Shown: positions 37,700-51,347, counted from the first letter of the stretch. The stretch is 56,995 nt of DNA from Octopus bimaculoides (GCF_001194135.2 NC_068982.1:86992696-87049690); one strand, 5' to 3'. Notes: generated by a model from the letters alone, not told the origin. Translations and numbers: made by a program.

Positions 37700-40229
37700 T
37701 TACAGGTTGATTGTTTTATATTTGCTGATAATGTTTTATATATATATTTACTATTCAAAATGGCCACATTTGTTTCACCATAGTCCTTAATCTGTTCTCA
37801 AATGAAGTGCACGCTTATTATGTTTAAATGATATTGGGGAACACAATTTTTGTTGAGTTAGATCTGACAGTTGTTTTTGACTAAGTTTTGGCCTCTAAAT
37901 TTAAAACTGACCCCGGTTTTTCTGTATCACACCAGCTTTTTGAGCTATAGGGTACCCTCACTTTGTCTCAAAAACCATAAAAATACCGCATCTAACAAAT
38001 TTGTGCTTATTTTCTAGAATGTTTTTAAAATTTACACACAATGTAATATAATAAAACATTGCTTGACTGTAAAGTTTATACAAATCTATTTCGTTCACAA
38101 AAGGATATTACTTTGTGAGGGGAATTGTGTGCAAGTAGCTAAGGTAAAAATTTACGCTTAAGCTTTTCCTGGATTGTTCAATCTGTGCGCAATTTCACTT
38201 TATGTTCCAACAATAGTCAGCCATTATATTTACATCCCATCTACCCTAATACTGTTCTTCCATGACCTTCATGCGTAGAGGTGGGAATATGATTTTCTTC
38301 ATGTCAACAAGTGGCTCATGTAGAATATTGGGATCACCAGGTTTGAAGTAAGATCTTGGAGGCCAATTCCTCTCCACCCGCATGCACAGAAAGCAAGGAT
38401 ACTTGATGTATCTGTGTTACTGATCAAGAAGGAAGCACACCATTTTAAGGTCAACACAGGTGATCCAATTGATTTTGTGATATTGTAACTAATCAACGAT
38501 TCTCTTTATGTCGATATATTCTTCACGATGACAAACTGAATGTCCAATTTGGATTGCACTATATAAATTGCCATTGTGGAGGAGGATATACTTTAAGCTT
38601 CTCTTTGAGCTATCGATGAACAGTCGCTATTCAATTGAGTTGCAGATCGAAATTCTCAACCCTCCAGTAAATTCTGTATGCTGTGGCAGAATTTTCTCTG
38701 GATCGAAATTAGGATGCCTTCGCTCCTTTTTCAACCAAGGTTTTCTCATTTAGTTTTGATGCTAGGAGTTCTAAAGCCTATTTTTGATCATCTCAGATCT
38801 CGTGCCCCTATCATTCAACTCGTGCTGATCGAATACCTTACGAGATGAGTCATCATCAATTTCAAAATCTGTATCGTTGCTGTCATTGGGTTCTTCATCA
38901 TGATCCGCATCTTCGAGAGAAGGTAGTTGAACGAAAACTAGCACTGGGATTTCAGCTGAAAGAGGCACTGGACGTATAGCTGATGGTAGACTAGGACACT
39001 TGATTTTACATTTGTTTTTCTTGTTATATCCTGAAGTATCAGTCTGTGCAATATTTTGGTTCTCGCCAAATCATAAGTATACCAAATGCCAACTCATCAC
39101 GTGCTTCTTTGGTCCACATCCGTAAACTCTACACACTGCTTACACACCTTGTGAGGGGACCAAGACTTGTCTTGGTCAACAACTTTTACTTTAAATTATG
39201 CAAAATAGCTTGGCTTCACAAATACTCTGATATTTCACGTTTAACTGGGAATGGTGAAACTGCCACAGACATAGGAAAATGAATCAGGGCTGTTTAGGTA
39301 CTTACAGCAAGAAGTAGCAGTAGCAGAAGGAGACATGATCTGAAAGAAAGGAAATAAGCATGGAATAAAAAAATAAGTTGAGTAGTCACAAGCTTATAAA
39401 AACAAAACAAAATGCTAACATAATATCTGCTAACCCCTTGCAGACAGACTTTTATGTATTATTTACAGAATACGATAGTAATCACCTGTATAAGGCGGCT
39501 GCAGGGATTTGTAGCCACTATCCCAGATATATATGTGTTTTCTGCATAAATATGCGTAGATATTCATTCAAAAATGAATATACATACATATACATTCATA
39601 CAAATACACCATAGATACATATACATTCACACAAATACTCCATAAGAAAGAAGAACAGGGTATAAACTTATTCCTCCGACCTTAGAACAAAATCCCTGCA
39701 CACTTCAGACCAGAAGTTCACTCACTTCAAATCCTTGCCATCTCTCCTCCACTGCACTAATCTGTTTTTCGGTGTTTTAGCTTCAAATCCTCTGCACTAC
39801 AGTACTTGTTACTACCATATCTTGATCACATTCGTGTAATTTCAAGTATCTTAGCGCCAAGTCAGCTTCCAGTCTCCATCTTGAAACAAGAGCTTGACTC
39901 TTGACGATTGAAGACCAGCTGAGGAATTTGACTGGTCAATAATTATGACTTATTTTTTTTGGAGGGGAGATTTGAAAACTCAACCTAAAGTCACCTGATT
40001 TGAAAATTCACACTCTCTATCAACAAAATAATAAAAGCAATCAGCTGACAAGTCTTATTACTTCCAGACAATCAATACAATTGTGCTTATTCAGAGAATA
40101 AACTGGGGAAAAAAGAAAACTTGACGTAATGAAAACTGTCTGTAGTTTTGAAATCAGCAGCCAATTTTAGTGTAAATCAATTGAAAAATGGAAACCAGCG
40201 GAAATTATGCTTGGAATTATTGTCCAGTT
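37700..40229 (-). mobile_element. Chapaev3 (CMC superfamily) DNA transposon, internally deleted; transposase remnant about 38255-39336
   Basis: NSPDSFSYVCG; DQDKSWSPHKVCKQC; MIWREPK..D.YF; PSLPSAIRPVP; FDQHELND; WPPR...PGDPNILHEPLVD.KKIIFPPL. Candidate 5' TIR ACTGGACAATAATTCC at 40229. Left boundary uncertain. Confidence 0.8.
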
Positions 40230-40509
40230 TAATGGGTGAATGTATATGCTGCACCTGATAGATGCTCTAGCTAACTGGCTGTTGGTTTAAAGTATAAGTG
40301 AGGTAATTGTATACTTATAAAGTTGATGTTTATGAAGATTTGGGTATTTCTATTAAGCGCCTATAGTTTTCTTCTCTATAAATGATTTATCATGCCAACT
40401 ATGAGGTGATGATGAAATTTCGTTTTCAGCATTTATCGGAAGATGTTGCATCAAAGTGTCTTTATCAACAATCTCTTATTTCTCTATTTAAATTTTGCTT
40501 CATCTTTCT

Positions 40510-40860
40510 CTTCATACCCTTACTTTTCCGGTGAGGGTCATGCGGGCAGAGTCCTTAGAAACGCCCTGTAGAGGGGCATGTTAGAAGTAACCTTAATAAA
40601 TGTCCCGGCTGGATCTCCAAACATGACCAAACCGGGCTCGGAATACTATCCAATCATCTCGTTCGTGGACTTCTCTTAGGTCTCATGCCAATTGATCTCG
40701 CTCGTAAAATCTATCCTATGATTCTCTCTTCAGATATTTGAACCATATATAGTCGGGGTTTCCTCTACAAAGTTTCGTGACTCTGGTACCGTAGATATGA
40801 GTGAAAGATGGAAACTCTACTATCCAGATATGGTGCTAACTATGACAGTGCAGGCAGGAG
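40510..40860 (-). mobile_element. RTE-like LINE 3' remnant
   Basis: IYGS..., INWHE, RFGHVWRS resemble LYGSE / NISW / FAGHxWRS. Confidence 0.35.
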
Positions 40861-41149
40861 TGGAGATACAAATTTTGTTCAATCTTTAAAATTTTTGGTA
40901 ATTTTTTTCTTACTTCACAATATTTCTGTTCCTTGATGAGGGCAACTGAACGTCTGCAACCAATTTAATTTCACCAACCCTGTGAAACAATGGTTTATAT
41001 TAGTATAGCTAAGTAGGGGCTAATATCTTAAAGCCAAAAAGAAATTTTTAAATCAATTGAAATATTACCCGTATTGAGAAGAAAATTTACCTGTGTTAAT
41101 GAAAATACTCCGGAAAAGGATAAAGGATAGAAGTCAGAAAATTAAGTTG

Positions 41150-41460
41150 TTTAAAAATTAAATGGAAATATGCGGGAAAAGAGTGAGTTTGATATTTGGT
41201 AGCTATTGTTACAACTTTGGACATATTTCATTCGCATTAGACCTTTTCAGGATAACATAGTCTAAATTATAACTACCAGATTACAGAACGATTTGTAAAG
41301 AATATAATTAGACAATCTAAAATAACATTAAAAATTCTCCAGGAATGCATACTACACGAACGACATAGAACTAAGTGTAGGTTAAAATACTTAATGTAGT
41401 ATATGCGCATATATGAAAATATGTCCTCGTTAAAATTGTTCTAAATATCTAACCAAGAAG
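41150..41460 (+). mobile_element. Penelope-like linker remnant
   Basis: NYQITERFVKNII and NVVY resemble the PLE linker and GIY-YIG start. Confidence 0.3.
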
Positions 41461-42759
41461 CAGATGGTTCGTATTATACAGCTGAAACTTCTTTTTGCTT
41501 GAGGCCAGAGCATTTAACTTTCAAAGGCCCAATTTCCCTACCTCAAATTTAATAATGAATTGTTTGGTAATTTCACTACTAAATTTGCAATCTGAGAATA
41601 TTGTTTATATATTAACTCCCATGCAATACAACACGTACACACACATGCTCACACACAGACACACACATATATTCTGAAATTCATACACTCTTTTTTTTTC
41701 GCTTTCACACACACACACACACACACACACATGTATGTTTTCAAATCTGTAAGTATATACTTATACGTATGCGTACGAGAATTATAGAGCAGTTGTTTCT
41801 TATTAAGACATATCGTGATGTTAGGTCTTGAAAAGGATATATGTAAATCACATGAAGTCATAAGAAATATATCAATCACTTTAGTTTTAAAGTCATTTAT
41901 ATTTATTTATTTAGATTTAACAATGAGATATTAATTATTATCAAGAAGCTACTTGGAAACTTGGTTTGTGTAAATTGTGTTCTCGTATTGCAACTAAGTT
42001 GTGCGAAAAAGAACAAAGAATGAAACCGGAAACTGGAGCTTGGGAAGAAAGCGAAGAGAGCGAAGCAGGAAGGAAGACAGAAATGCGCCAGAAAGTGAAA
42101 TATTTGAGAAGTACTGGCTAATATAATATCTTGAGTCATAAGCTTCGTCTTGCTATTTACTAGTCGATAAATCAAAAAATAGAATTACATTAACAACCTC
42201 AACAAGAATAACAATAACAATATTTATAGTAAGTCGAATTCCAGTGGTTGCTCGTTGATTGTGGTAATGGGATCAGAAATGATGTCTTCAAAATTGGCTC
42301 AAAGCCAGCATAATTCATTGCTAATAATAGAGATTACTTATACACTTCCATCGGGACTTATAAATGTTTATACTGGTTCTGTTTTATAAACTAAGCAGCT
42401 TGCACGTGTAAGAATTTAAGACAATAACTGTGAAACAACAAAAATGACTTTGTAAATGATTTCTGGTATTGCTAAATATAAGCAAATGTGTACATGTGTA
42501 TGTTTGTGTGAATGAATGTAGAGATACAGAGAGCAAAAGTAAAAAATAGCAATTGTGTGTGTGTGTGTCTGTGTGCGCGCGCGAGTGTATCCGTGTGTGT
42601 GTGTGTGTGTGTGTGCGCGTGAGTGCATGTGTGTGCGCGCGTGCGTATCCATGTGTGTGTGTGCATGTGTGTCTTTACTATTTATATAGTCGACAAATAT
42701 TCTTGTTGGTTGACGATTATGACCGTAACACTTTGATGCTGCAGTCTTAGTCCACTTAC

Positions 42760-42841
42760 TTGTTAATGGAGATGTGAGAGCATCACAGATATTTGTCAGC
42801 AGGAGGAAGATGAGTAGTTGATGAATGTTTTTATGTTTCAT
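42760..42841 (-). CDS. candidate first coding exon of a host secreted or membrane protein (signal peptide)
   Basis: ATG...MKHKNIHQLLIFLLLTNICDALTSPLT plus 1 nt, then a consensus GTAAGT donor (phase 1). Confidence 0.45.
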
Positions 42842-43059
42842 TAACTTTCACTCTAATTATACATACATCGGATAACGAAAAAAAAAATCAAGTAATATCC
42901 AAAATCTACTACATTTTCGTGTGGTAAACAAGCAAAGCTAGAGGGCATTGCTATCTTAATTGTTCTCAGCTTCCTACGTATTTAGAAAGGTTTATACCAT
43001 ATGGAAAGTAAACTTCTCATTCTCTTTCTTTCTGTATGTCGCTCTCATTCTCTCTCCGC

Positions 43060-43093
<34 letters not shown>

Positions 43094-43218
43094 TTCTCAC
43101 TTGTCTTATTGTAAACCTAAACACTTCTCATATACTCGTATATCTTTACACTGTTGTTATACTGCCTTCGTTTTTTCAAATATATCAACAAAGTGTGTAT
43201 GTGTGTTTATCTGCGTAT

Positions 43219-43253
<35 letters not shown>

Positions 43254-43461
43254 ATACATATAAACTTGAGATGTTATTTTTATACTCTGTTTATACTATC
43301 GAGAAAACTTCTATTAACGCCTCAAAATATTACTCTTGTATCTTTCAATTAAAATATTTCATATCAGGTTCAGTTAAATTCAGTTATTTCCTTGTATCAT
43401 GAAAATTGAATCACAATTTATTTTCCTTTAACAAGTGACATTTATTCTGATACATAAATAA

Positions 43462-43695
43462 TTATTTCTTTATTGCCCACATGGGGCTAAACAGGGGACA
43501 AACAAGGACAGACAAAGGGATTAAGTAGATTACATGGATCCCAGTGTGTAACTGGTATTTATTTAATCGACTCCGAAAGGATGAAAGGCAAAGTCGACCT
43601 CGGTGGAATTTGAACTCAGAACGAAATACCGGCAGACGAAATACCGCTAAGCATTTCGCCCAGCGCACTAACGACTCTGCCAGCTCACCGCCCTA
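43462..43695 (-). mobile_element. SINE family A
   Basis: Near-identical architecture to the copy at 5726-5952. Confidence 0.9.
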
Positions 43696-44849
43696 TGATA
43701 CATAAGTAATATGCAGATCTTGAATCACAGCTTATTTGCGAATTTGTGATGTTAATCATAATTATCTACCCTAAACATAACATTTACCATAACAACAGAA
43801 GATTTTATCTGTTTAATCCTCTTCCTATTCCATTTTACCTCATGGATCTTTTGTTTGGCTGCCACTTTTCAATTTTTTAATTGCTGTTCCAATTTGGCGT
43901 ATTAGTGTAGTTTTGTAAAGTAACCATTGGAATGAAATTCCTTTTCGACATAAATCAATAAATATAGAGTTAATAGCTTACAAAGCTGGCAAATTTTGGG
44001 TAATTTTGGCCGATCAAGAGCCACAGACATATAGGTACCTGTTTCCATACTAACAAGCCAAGCTGTCACCAAGCTGCTTACCAGTGTTCTTTTTGCTGCT
44101 TATTAAACGCTTAAAACACATGCAGCATGAGGTGATCATGAGATATGCTAAAAATAACATCTAAATAGGCCTTAAGTCATGCACGAATTTTTTTTTTGGC
44201 GCGGGGAGTTGCATAATCGTATGAATTCCGGTGTGTGGAATAAAATTTCGCGAAAATTTTCTGAAAATTTTCAAAAAGATATAAAAAAAGTTATGAGGGG
44301 TTATATGGCGTGCATAAAGCAGAATTCCGCCAATATTTCATCTGTTAGCAGTTGACAACATGTACTGTCACGCACAAAATGACAGCTTCCAAGTCCTGTT
44401 TTCTGACTGGGTAAAAATCATTAAACTTTAAACCTCTGTAGCTTTTCAAAAAAAAATTTCTGAAAAAAGTGATTTATCTCCTGATATTCAGTGTGGAAAA
44501 GTATATCAATTCATGTAATTTTAAAATTTTCACTAAACTTTAAAATTTCCACAAGTACCGCCAAACAGAAATGATCTTACCTTGTTATTGCTATTTGCAA
44601 ATACATAAATATATTACATTATACCTGCCGCTTACAGAACATTATACCTATCACTTATATTACTTACATTACAGAAAAAATAAGAAAAATCTAAAAATTT
44701 AGCTATGGCTAATAAATTATTTAAAATATATAACTATTTAAAATTAATAAAAACCTTTTGTTTATTTGATCAATCTATTTTCATTCAATCACTTTAGTAA
44801 ACTATTAAAGGGAAGGATACACTAACTAATACCTTAAACAATACAATTA

Positions 44850-45420
44850 GTCACTTCTGAAATGCTTTCATCATTGATCTACTTGATCATTTTTCAACTA
44901 AGTTAAATAACAACTTCGTTATCAGTTCGGCTGTCTTATAACAGGTGGGTCTGTTCCGCCATTACTTTTCTCTCCAAAACGTTATAAACACGATCTCTTA
45001 TGAGCCATAAATCATTCTTCTATGACAATCATTTATCATGGAACTTGATCGGTTTCCGAATTCTTGGCAATGCTGGAAATAGGTGCATTATTTGTACCCA
45101 AATCCAAGAAGAGTTTGAACGCTGAATGTGCTGTACAGCTCCCAAGAAGTAGTATGGCGATAATACCAGAGACACTACTAAATAGTTGTACTTCTATGAT
45201 AATAGACTAATCAGGAATGCCTTTGAAGTTACACAAGAACATCAAGTAGAACATTCCAGTTACTTGTTTCCAAAGCCTGTGAAAATAGAATAAACTTCCT
45301 TCTGGTCTACAACGAGTATATAAACACAGTATATAAACATTATATGATGTTTCTGTAAAAATTTCTGTTGCCAGATTATTGATTTCAACTAAAGTTTTTT
45401 TTTTTTAATAAAGCCATATT
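44850..45420 (-). mobile_element. Tc1/mariner-like transposase remnant, very degenerate
   Basis: GII(G)PYYF, FGNRS.S and IYGS/YLW-like blocks in the order expected for the DD..D core. Confidence 0.35.
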
Positions 45421-45559
45421 TTAAAAGTTTTGGGCCGTTTCTATCCATAATTTTGTCAAAGAGGAATGCATTGCTGATCTCTTCTGTGTACAAACTTTTC
45501 ATGCTGGGATGCATCTCTTGAGTTTGATGCTTGACAAAGTCGCTCATAAAACATCTGTT

Positions 45560-47700
45560 CTAATAATAGAACCATCTAGGTTCCTTCCTATTTTTTCTTA
45601 AAGATAAAAGCAAATGTAGGTCAATGATTCCTTGAATCGGTGAGAGCTTTCCTAAAGTGTTGTTCTATCAAAGATTTTTTTTCAAGTAGAGAGGTTAAAT
45701 ATCCTTATACTAATGTTTCAATTAGCTTCTTAAAATTTAGATGTGTAGATTGAGTCCCTCTTTATATATTTTAGTGCTTCACAGAGTTTGTTGAAAGGTT
45801 TATATGAATTTATATTTAAACTGATGGTGGCATCATATGGTTTGTGTTTGTAGTCATGATCAGTCCTACCTGGTTGAAGGTGATAATAACTTCTTTTCTA
45901 CATTTATCTAAAGTTTCAGCGAAACCATCGTCCCTGTATTGGATTAACGTTTTTCTTTCAGAACATCTAGTAGATATAACCAAATAGATCGCGTATATTT
46001 GCCTTATCGTACAACACATACATTGAAGGTGCCTGTTGTGTTGGAATTCTTTCATCCAAGCATAGTCCATGTCAAATAGCAAAGTTCTTTCGAGCATACA
46101 ACACCAGTTATAAATCGATTTCATTACAAACCTTCTTGCATATTCTGTCTTATTTGGAGGAGTAAGGATGATAGTTCTGTTAGTATTAGTCAACTGTTGA
46201 AAATTAGACACTTCCTTAATTTCATTATAAATCTTTTAGTATAATATTCTTGTTAATTTATCCTACATGTGTCTTAGATGGATTTATTGGTTTATTTGTC
46301 TATAAATATAGTAAATGGAGAAATCATCTTTTTAAAACTTTTAACTGAATGCAAGTCTCCGGTCCAGGAAGATATTCGACCCATTATCCAATCTGATTGT
46401 CTTCGATATGTCTAACTTTGTTTATTATTTTCTTAAAAATTTTTTAAAGCATTGTTTGTTACTTTTGTAAATATTATCATTAAGTGCTTGTTAGTATCTA
46501 ATGGGATATACTTCATATAAATTAATAGTCTTGTCTGAAATATGATCAAGTTGTTACTATTCTTAATTTTCTTCATACCAGTTCTATGGAAGTTCTGGAA
46601 GATGCAAACGGAGGACGACATGTATTTCATTACACCATTTACTTCTTTAACGGTTTGGAGAGAGGTTCAGAAGAGCTCAGCGCTGAATACTCGAAGAAAA
46701 CAAATGGTAAAGTGCTTGCAGTACTAAAAAATAAATAAAAACAAACCCTATTTGCCTATGAGCAACAAGATAGGAAATCTATTCCACATAGCTAGGGAAT
46801 GGCGGGCACATGGAGAATAAATGCATAATGAAACGGCAGTATGGATGTGTCGCTTGGTACCATTGTACTTGCCAGACATGTTGGCAGCATTATCATAACT
46901 CCATCTACGACACTCTTTGATAAGAATAATTCAGAGTTTCCATAATAGTCTAGCTATTTCATTCATATGTTTCCACCATTTCTCAGTCTTGTTTACGATT
47001 CCTTTGTAAGTTATATCAATCCTAATAAACGTTTCTAATACACTCTGTAAATACTGATTTGTTGTAGTGTTTTCATGTTCGAACAGTCAAAGTGTTTCTT
47101 TTTTTCTATAGTGTATTCCAAACTTCTTGGATGTCAATGTGATCACAACTTTGTATGTCAGAAAAGCTTATAAGGTAGACAATACAAGGAATACCTTCCA
47201 AGAATGAGTACAAATTGTTATCGGTCTCCGGTTTCGCTGTTTGGTGTTTTTATTAGAGAACAATCACTGGAAATTTTCGTCCGGTATAATCGTTAGAGAA
47301 CGTTTACGAGTTTTATAAGAGCCCTTTCTGAATCATATATTCTATGTATTTTGTGGGGTGGAATATCTCGTATGGGCGGATTCCAATATCAATCCCTTGT
47401 GTTTTAGGCTTGCTTTCTACTGGATGTTAGTTCTTGTGGCGTTGTTGTACCGTGTCTGCATAGGCTTCTTTCTGTGTTTTGGTCAAGCTTATAGTAAAAT
47501 TTTCTAACGGCGGAATGATTTATACTATATTTATCTAATCTCACTGACTTGTTTGATTAAATCAATGCTCTCAAATTGTCCTCGATAGATATCAGAAAGC
47601 TGCTTTGCTTTAGGATAATCAAATGATTGACTTTGTTATCAATGGCGTTCATTATGTTTGGCAGCTAGCAGACATTAATTCGGTTTTGTTGATTCAGTTT
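45560..47700 (-). mobile_element. Penelope-like element (YRDDG-type RT), N-terminus plus RT, decayed
   Basis: NLIIFxDKT, ERTLLFD...W.K, YRDDG, LDKCRKEVI..F..VGL, SYKPF, SNLH...IFDR. Confidence 0.75.
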
Positions 47701-47970
47701 AATCACACAATTAGTACCGATGGCAAGATGTCCACTCCTATCACATGATTAATTTTTGCATATAGATTTTAAAATGCATAAGAGAACCGATATTTCCGTG
47801 CAAAATTTTAGTTAGATTTTAGAGCAACATGGAACAAATTCTGTTATTTGAGATGCCTCAACAAGGGGCCAGATCGCAGAGACTATGACAAATCTAATGT
47901 CAGCTAGTATGTTAATCTTGAAATTTTTGGTAGCCCTTTGGCATGCACGCTTCTCATTAGGGTTCTGTGC

Positions 47971-48026
<56 letters not shown>

Positions 48027-48202
48027 NNNNNNNNNNNNNNNNNNNNNNNNNNNNNNNNNNNNNNNNNNNNNNNNNNNNNNNNNNNNNNNNNNNNNNNNNN
48101 NNNNNNNNNNNNNNNNNNNNNNNNNNNNNNNNNNNNNNNNNNNNNNNNNNNNNNNNNNNNNNNNNNNNNNNNNNNNNNNNNNNNNNNNNNNNNNNNNNNN
48201 NN

Positions 48203-48258
<56 letters not shown>

Positions 48259-50614
48259 ATATAATATAATATAATAAACACACAGTGCATATCCTTACGA
48301 TAACAAGAAGTAGAAAACCGCCAGGAGGGTGATTTTTCTGCTTTTATTTATAAAAACAGAAGCATTAATAAATTAATGATATCATTTGGCTCAGACAGTT
48401 CTTAGATGCAAATAGCCAGAAATAAATGCAAACAAACAGAAAATGTCGCAGGCCAACTGAATATATCTTGTACCGCTGTAGCAACTTCCATCACAATCCA
48501 GAAGTTGAAACTCTGCATCTTATACGATGAACCCTGCCTGTTTGCATGCGCATTATGTTCCTAGATTAGGTGTAGGCACAGTGTAGGTCTGTAAATCGCA
48601 CCTAATAGCTTGACCGAGTACTTACAAATCAACAATGGAGGCCTTTATTGCAATTAAATCTCTCTTAAATCAAATCCTTCTATCTTAAAAATGTTATCTT
48701 AAGAATATATTGCATAATGTAATCGCAAATACATTGTGTCTGAAATAAAGACAAGATAACTTTGACTGAAATACTTTTGACTATGGGTCTGCCTGATCAT
48801 AGTTGAACTGGCGCTAACTACAACTGTCTTCTAATATTAAACAATTTATATAATCCATATGTTAGACTTAATCCATCGCCTAGTTTTACATCTCAACTCG
48901 CCCCTTTGGTATAATCTGTTACAAACATTCAAATTAAGTTTACGAATGGAAGATAACACAAGATTTTTGGTTTAATCCTCTTCTCATCTCCGAGGCTCTA
49001 CAACAACTTCATGGATGTTACACCTTTTCCTTTGATTTAAGTATATAAAAACAAAGCAATGAAAGAATGATAGTGAAAACAATTCTCGTAGACAAATTAA
49101 CGATTTCCGTTCGAATTCTCAGTCGTGATTTCTCCTGCAGCTGTCATTTATTAATATCAATGAATAACATAGAGTTGAAACCCTCAAAAATAACCCAAAA
49201 TAACAATATTTGCGTTTGTTAAGCATTATATTGAGAGTCTCGCAAGTAAAAATGCTTGTCAATATCTGATTTTACTTAAATAATTTAGATCTAGTAAAAA
49301 TTTCACCTCCAATCAGGTGAAATGTAATACCAAAAGAACTTTTTTCTGTTATAAAGAATATGTTTTGTTCGTTTTGAGTAATGTTGTCTGTAGAAATATT
49401 AAGCAATTGTGTCATTTTTTAAATATTTCTGGGATAACATTACTACTCGTGATGACTTTAAATGTATGGCTGATTATTATTAAAAGTTATACGTAAAAAT
49501 AATTTTACGTAATGTGGATAATAAGAGTAATATGTTTTCTTTTCTATATTTCTCAGTGGGAACAAATTCTTCGCTTTCCGGTATAACCTGGTTTCGTACT
49601 AGTGGATAGTCAGAGTGGTAGGAATTGTTTCAAACCAACAAAAGCTGTTCATAAAACCTTAAACCCATAAATATATTGCGAGAATAAAAAGTCTTCTGCA
49701 GTCTGGGAACTGACAAGACAAGACGAAATTGATTTGGCTCTGACTCGTGTTGGCTTTTCAAATGTTTGGTGACATTTTTAGCATGATATTTTTATGTTAT
49801 GATTAGAGTTTATAGCATTACGCTTGAAACATATTTTAATGTTGCAGTAGGATCATTATATAAGTATATTATATAAAATTCCAGGTATTTTGTGGTTAGA
49901 AAATCTCAGCCGAGAAGATCCCCAATCCTGTTCGTTGATATCAAGCGTGTCTGGATAGTTCTTTAAAAGAAAACTCAAAAGAAAATAGAAGCCGATAAGC
50001 ATTCTATGTATTGTTACATGATATATTTTAAAATATTTCTGATCAACAAAATCTTGTGAACATTATTTTTGTCGTTCATTTAGTTCATTGCTTACTGGTA
50101 CAAAGTAACAACATGCAACTATAAACCAAAAGAAATATATCAAAAATAAATCAATCAAACAATTTAGAATAGATATGCAGTATGTTTATAACTTCGAATA
50201 TTTTTTATAATCTTTAATATTTAATAAAGTTGATACTTCCAAATTTATCTCTATTTCTTTCTCTTGCTCTTTATAATATTTCTATAATCCTAAAATACTC
50301 GAATGTGAATGGCACTTTATGAATGTCTTGAACCTCCCACAGAAGGTGGATAGTAACAGATAAATGTGCTACCTTTATTATGTCTGAAATTCATCTTTAC
50401 CGTATACTTGTTTTACACCTGTTATTGGTGCTGGCTTTTATAAATTTAGCTACTCTTTGGATTTCTTAAGTCGTGGATCCTTTATATGTCCACTTCCCGC
50501 ATATACAATGTCACACACGAATTATATTCCTTCAGAGCCTTACTTTCACCATCTCAGTGAACGCTATTTGTTCAGTTGAATACCGGCATTTTTTCTCTTT
50601 TATTTGTTTCCGTC

Positions 50615-50970
50615 ATTAGACTGCAGCTATACTGGGACACTGCTTTGAAAAGTTTTATTCGAACGAGTAGACACCAGTATTTATTTTTGTAAAACTTGGT
50701 ACTTATTCTATCGGTTTCTTTTGGCAAACCTTTAAGTTACGAGGACATAAACAAACGAACATCGGTTGCTAAATGGTTGTGGGACAATCCGAAACACACA
50801 CAAACATATACACGCACAAATATATATATATATATATATACGACGGGTTTCTATCAGTTTCCGACCAAGTTTGCTCACAAGGCTTTGGTTAGCCCGAGTT
50901 TATGGTAGAAGACACTTGCCAACGTTGTTGGGAAGCAAACTCCTTACCACACGGTCACGTCTGCGCCTAT
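50615..50970 (-). mobile_element. SINE family B
   Basis: ggtacttattctatcgg...aagttacgaggacataaac...cacaaggctttggt...gaagacacttgcc...cttaccacac. Confidence 0.8.
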
Positions 50971-51249
50971 TTTTAAAAAGGTCGAGAGTTCAATTGTATC
51001 GAACAGGCAACTGCTTGACATGGGGTCTTTAACTTCCTGCGTTTCCACCTTGGGCCGAATCGACTCTCTTTATACAAATTGGTTCTGATGGGCTCCCTTG
51101 CCAGCACCATGTTGATGCCGATCTTCGTGCAGACACTCGATCGCCATAGAAGACCGACTACCAGGATTCTTGTCCTCAAACTGGTGTAACAACTAAACCT
51201 TTGAGTAGCTGAATTACAGGAGCATGCCACAACTTCCAGCAAAATTATC

Positions 51250-51347
51250 TGCCAGAGGTGAGATTCGAACTCACGCCCACACTCGTGGGCCAGAATATAT
51301 TATAGAAAATATTTTTCATTTGATTTGGCAGATGGATCCATTAAGAC
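51250..51347 (-). pseudogene. tRNA-Leu(CAA)-like pseudogene: intact 3' half, putative intron and eroded 5' half
   Basis: Minus strand TTCTGG-CCCAC(GAGT)GTGGG-C-GTGAG(TTCGAAT)CTCAC-CTCTGGCA gives a perfect long variable arm and T arm. The upstream GCCAAATCAAA plus 23 nt resembles the anticodon arm plus intron. Confidence 0.6.

Noticed and set aside
43900-44620. Sequence resembling DNA-transposon subterminal regions
   Set aside because: No TIR pair, TSD or coding motif could be fixed by eye.
48420-48680. Coding-looking stretch with donor/acceptor-like motifs
   Set aside because: Every spliced frame tested hits a stop; no homology recognised.
49534-49582. Strong pyrimidine tract plus AG followed by WEQILRFP and GTATAA
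   Set aside because: Only 24 nt with a weak donor and no supporting neighbours; cannot be distinguished from chance.
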